NCBI GenBank assembly: GCA_030141605.1
Contig: JAQGDQ010000098.1
Coordinates: 434,001 to 498,000 of the forward strand
Source of the DNA: Tubiluchus corallicola
Lineage: Eukaryota > Animalia > Priapulida
DNA: 64,000 nucleotides
Direction of reading: 5' to 3'
Shown: piece after piece, positions 63,880 through 64,000 of the stretch
Position numbering within the stretch: the first letter of the stretch is position 1
Layout: every line of letters begins with the position of its first letter
Translations under genes and position numbers: made by a program
The notes under the pieces: generated by a model
Told to the model about the DNA's origin: nothing
Databases searched by the model: none
Seen by the model: only the letters and a program-made list of their open reading frames with translations

Positions 63880-64000
63880 GTGGATGTGCCTGGGCAAGAG
63901 GTAGAATTGACCTATGAAAGTGAAGATGACTCTCCCTGGGAAACCATTTTTTACCAAGGTGTCTTCTATTGCTGTTTTCTCCAAGTACTCTTAACGCTTG
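63880..64000 (-). mobile_element. Possible Penelope-like retroelement fragment at the window edge
   Basis: EKTAIEDTLVKNGFP resembles the post-RT E..I...L..NGYP helix. The match is short and unverified. Confidence 0.3.

Overview
AT-rich genomic DNA from an invertebrate-like metazoan with spliceosomal introns; nothing here is prokaryotic, and the phylum cannot be fixed from this window. I reconstructed three protein-coding genes by hand with phase-consistent splice sites. (1) CEP192/Spd-2 on the minus strand: 24 coding exons from 24513 down to 1167, about 1911 codons, with the 3' end not found in the window. (2) WDHD1/AND-1/Ctf4 on the plus strand, divergent from CEP192: complete, 1094 aa, with only one coding intron. 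(3) C2CD2/C2CD2L (TMEM24)-like TM-SMP-C2 lipid-transfer gene on the plus strand: 11 exons from 38002 to 63211, running off the window. Introns and the intergenic region carry hAT, Tc1/mariner-pogo and Harbinger-type MITEs, a foldback-like element, decayed LINEs, tRNA- and 5S-derived SINE remnants and microsatellites. I found no convincing new multi-gene system. The best leads are an almost intronless WDHD1 between two intron-rich genes, a UG-repeat-flanked stop-containing microexon in CEP192, a candidate alternative membrane-anchor first exon in C2CD2, a GC-AG intron, and an E2F-site-bearing head-to-head CEP192/WDHD1 promoter region filled with TEs. Family calls come from recalled motifs, not database searches.
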